DNA from: a virus
Virus record (IMG/VR): IMGVR_UViG_3300036828_000755
Span: 1 to 64,000 of that record
Strand: one strand, 5' to 3'
Length of the DNA: 64,000 nt
Shown here one piece after another: positions 62,823 through 64,000 of the stretch. The position numbers and the translations under genes were made by a program. Each line of letters begins with the position of its first letter. The stretch's first letter is position 1. Below the pieces are notes generated by a model. It searched no databases. It saw only the letters and a program-made list of their open reading frames with translations, and was not told the origin of the DNA.

Positions 62823-63116
62823 TTACCCAAGGCTATACCCAACGTACGGCCCCCTACCACCTGTTGGGGCGTCTATCCAATACTCATTGAGGTCCATGGC
62901 ATTCTGCCCACTCCCACTATCGAGTGACACCGGGGACGTCGTGTTAGGGCCCAGGGCCGCGATGACGTTTCCCGTCCGATCCTTGATGAACACCGCACCA
63001 GCGTCTGCTGAATCGTACGTCAGCATGATGGAGTGGACCTTCTTCGGTACCGGGGAAAGGTAGACAGGGGTTCCCGGGGTACCGACGGCAACTTTTCCTA
63101 GGCCAATCCACTGCAT
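62823..63116 (-). CDS. 97-aa protein, paralog A
   Basis: AGGAGG RBS; tandem duplicate of the next ORF. Confidence 0.8.
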   Translation of the reverse strand: MQWIGLGKVAVGTPGTPVYLSPVPKKVHSIMLTYDSADAGAVFIKDRTGNVIAALGPNTTSPVSLDSGSGQNAMDLNEYWIDAPTGGRGPYVGYSLG

Positions 63117-63133
63117 GCGGTTCTCCTCCTTCT

Positions 63134-64000
63134 CTACTGCAGGATACCCTTCCTCGAAGTTGCCTTGGCACGAAGGGAGTAGTTGTACTCGACCATGTAT
63201 CCCAGGGCATCGCTGATGTGCGTGCGCTTCGCGTCGCTCTTGTCGAGCAAGCCAGTGATGACGCCGTCCGAATTCGCCTGGTACGAAACCTTCTTAAAAT
63301 CTTTGATAAGCTCGGGACACTTCGTGTCGTCGACGTACAGCCTCGTCGTCCCGTCCGCCGACTTAAGCATGGTGTTGACGGCGTTCACGCGGTCCACGAT
63401 CATCGGGTTCGACTTGCGACGGACGAACTTGTAGTGCATGAACGGTTCCATCCCCATGTACTCGGCCACGATTTGCCAGTTGGTCTTCTGGCTCTGCGAG
63501 GACCTCTGCGTCCCCGCCGCATCCCCGTATATCTCGACCTCGAGCGTGTAGTTCACCTTGTACTTCTGCAATTCCTGGATGAGCCTGGGCATCATGCTCG
63601 GCGTGTTGCTCTTCGGGAGCACCAGCTCCTCCAAGATCTCGCACCGCTCCATCATCCTGACCGTGTTCCCCTTGTCGTATTGCCCGATGACCACGCACAT
63701 CGGGTCGACGTTGAAGTCGATTGCCACGAATAGTTGCATGCGTGTGTCGCGGACCAGTCGCTTACAATGGAGTGTCTCGTCGAACTGGTGGTAGGCGTTG
63801 CCATCCTCGGCCTCGTCCCCCGGTCGCTGCTGAAATAGCGCGAACCAATCTCGAAGGTTGATGCTCTTGAACCTCGCAAGGTCCCGCTCATCGTACCTGT
63901 CGGGGCAGAGCGGCTCTCCCTTGGAGCGACCAAGTATGTCGTGCCAATTGCGGTCGGATTCTTCACGAATAACCTCGCTGATGCTCTTGGTGAATATCGG
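63134..64000 (-). CDS. Terminase large subunit, 5'-partial
   Basis: The frame is open from 64000 (...GEPLCPDRY...ALFQQRP...); RNase-H-like nuclease acidic motifs AIDFNVDP, YGDAAG, HISDALGY. Confidence 0.93.
   Translation of the reverse strand, partial: PIFTKSISEVIREESDRNWHDILGRSKGEPLCPDRYDERDLARFKSINLRDWFALFQQRPGDEAEDGNAYHQFDETLHCKRLVRDTRMQLFVAIDFNVDPMCVVIGQYDKGNTVRMMERCEILEELVLPKSNTPSMMPRLIQELQKYKVNYTLEVEIYGDAAGTQRSSQSQKTNWQIVAEYMGMEPFMHYKFVRRKSNPMIVDRVNAVNTMLKSADGTTRLYVDDTKCPELIKDFKKVSYQANSDGVITGLLDKSDAKRTHISDALGYMVEYNYSLRAKATSRKGILQ

Noticed and set aside
1-64000. tRNA, rRNA, integrase/att sites, transposons
   Set aside because: No cloverleaf, rRNA, recombinase or transposase signature was recognised, and the intergenic gaps are short.

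Overview
The window is a 64-kb segment of a tailed dsDNA phage with siphovirus-like gene content and two convergent blocks. The + strand (1-12434) is a replication module: HNH endonuclease, YhaM-like OB-HD nuclease, dCMP deaminase, family A DNA polymerase with Leu at the 762-equivalent position, resolvase-like nuclease, SSB-like protein, AEP primase, UvrD-like helicase and an SNF2 helicase split by an HNH-containing intein. The - strand (64000-12599) is the virion module: terminase large subunit (truncated by the window edge), a six-ORF insert (two paralogs, an HExxE protein, a PurD-like ATP-grasp ligase, a PEP-CTERM-like protein and a small ORF), portal, collagen-like fibre, scaffold, P22-coat-like major capsid, head/neck/tail genes, a tail chaperone with a clear -1 frameshift site, a 2501-aa tape measure protein, tail tip, and three giant modular fibre/spike genes (about 22 kb). 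The most striking observations are (1) an intact DEDDh 3'-5' exonuclease domain inside an approximately 1000-aa N-terminal extension of the tape measure protein and (2) the ATP-grasp/HExxE/PEP-CTERM cassette between terminase and portal. I found no integrase, lysis genes, tRNA, CRISPR array or reverse transcriptase. All family assignments come from motifs recognised by eye; no database search was run. An Acidobacteria-like host is a tentative inference.
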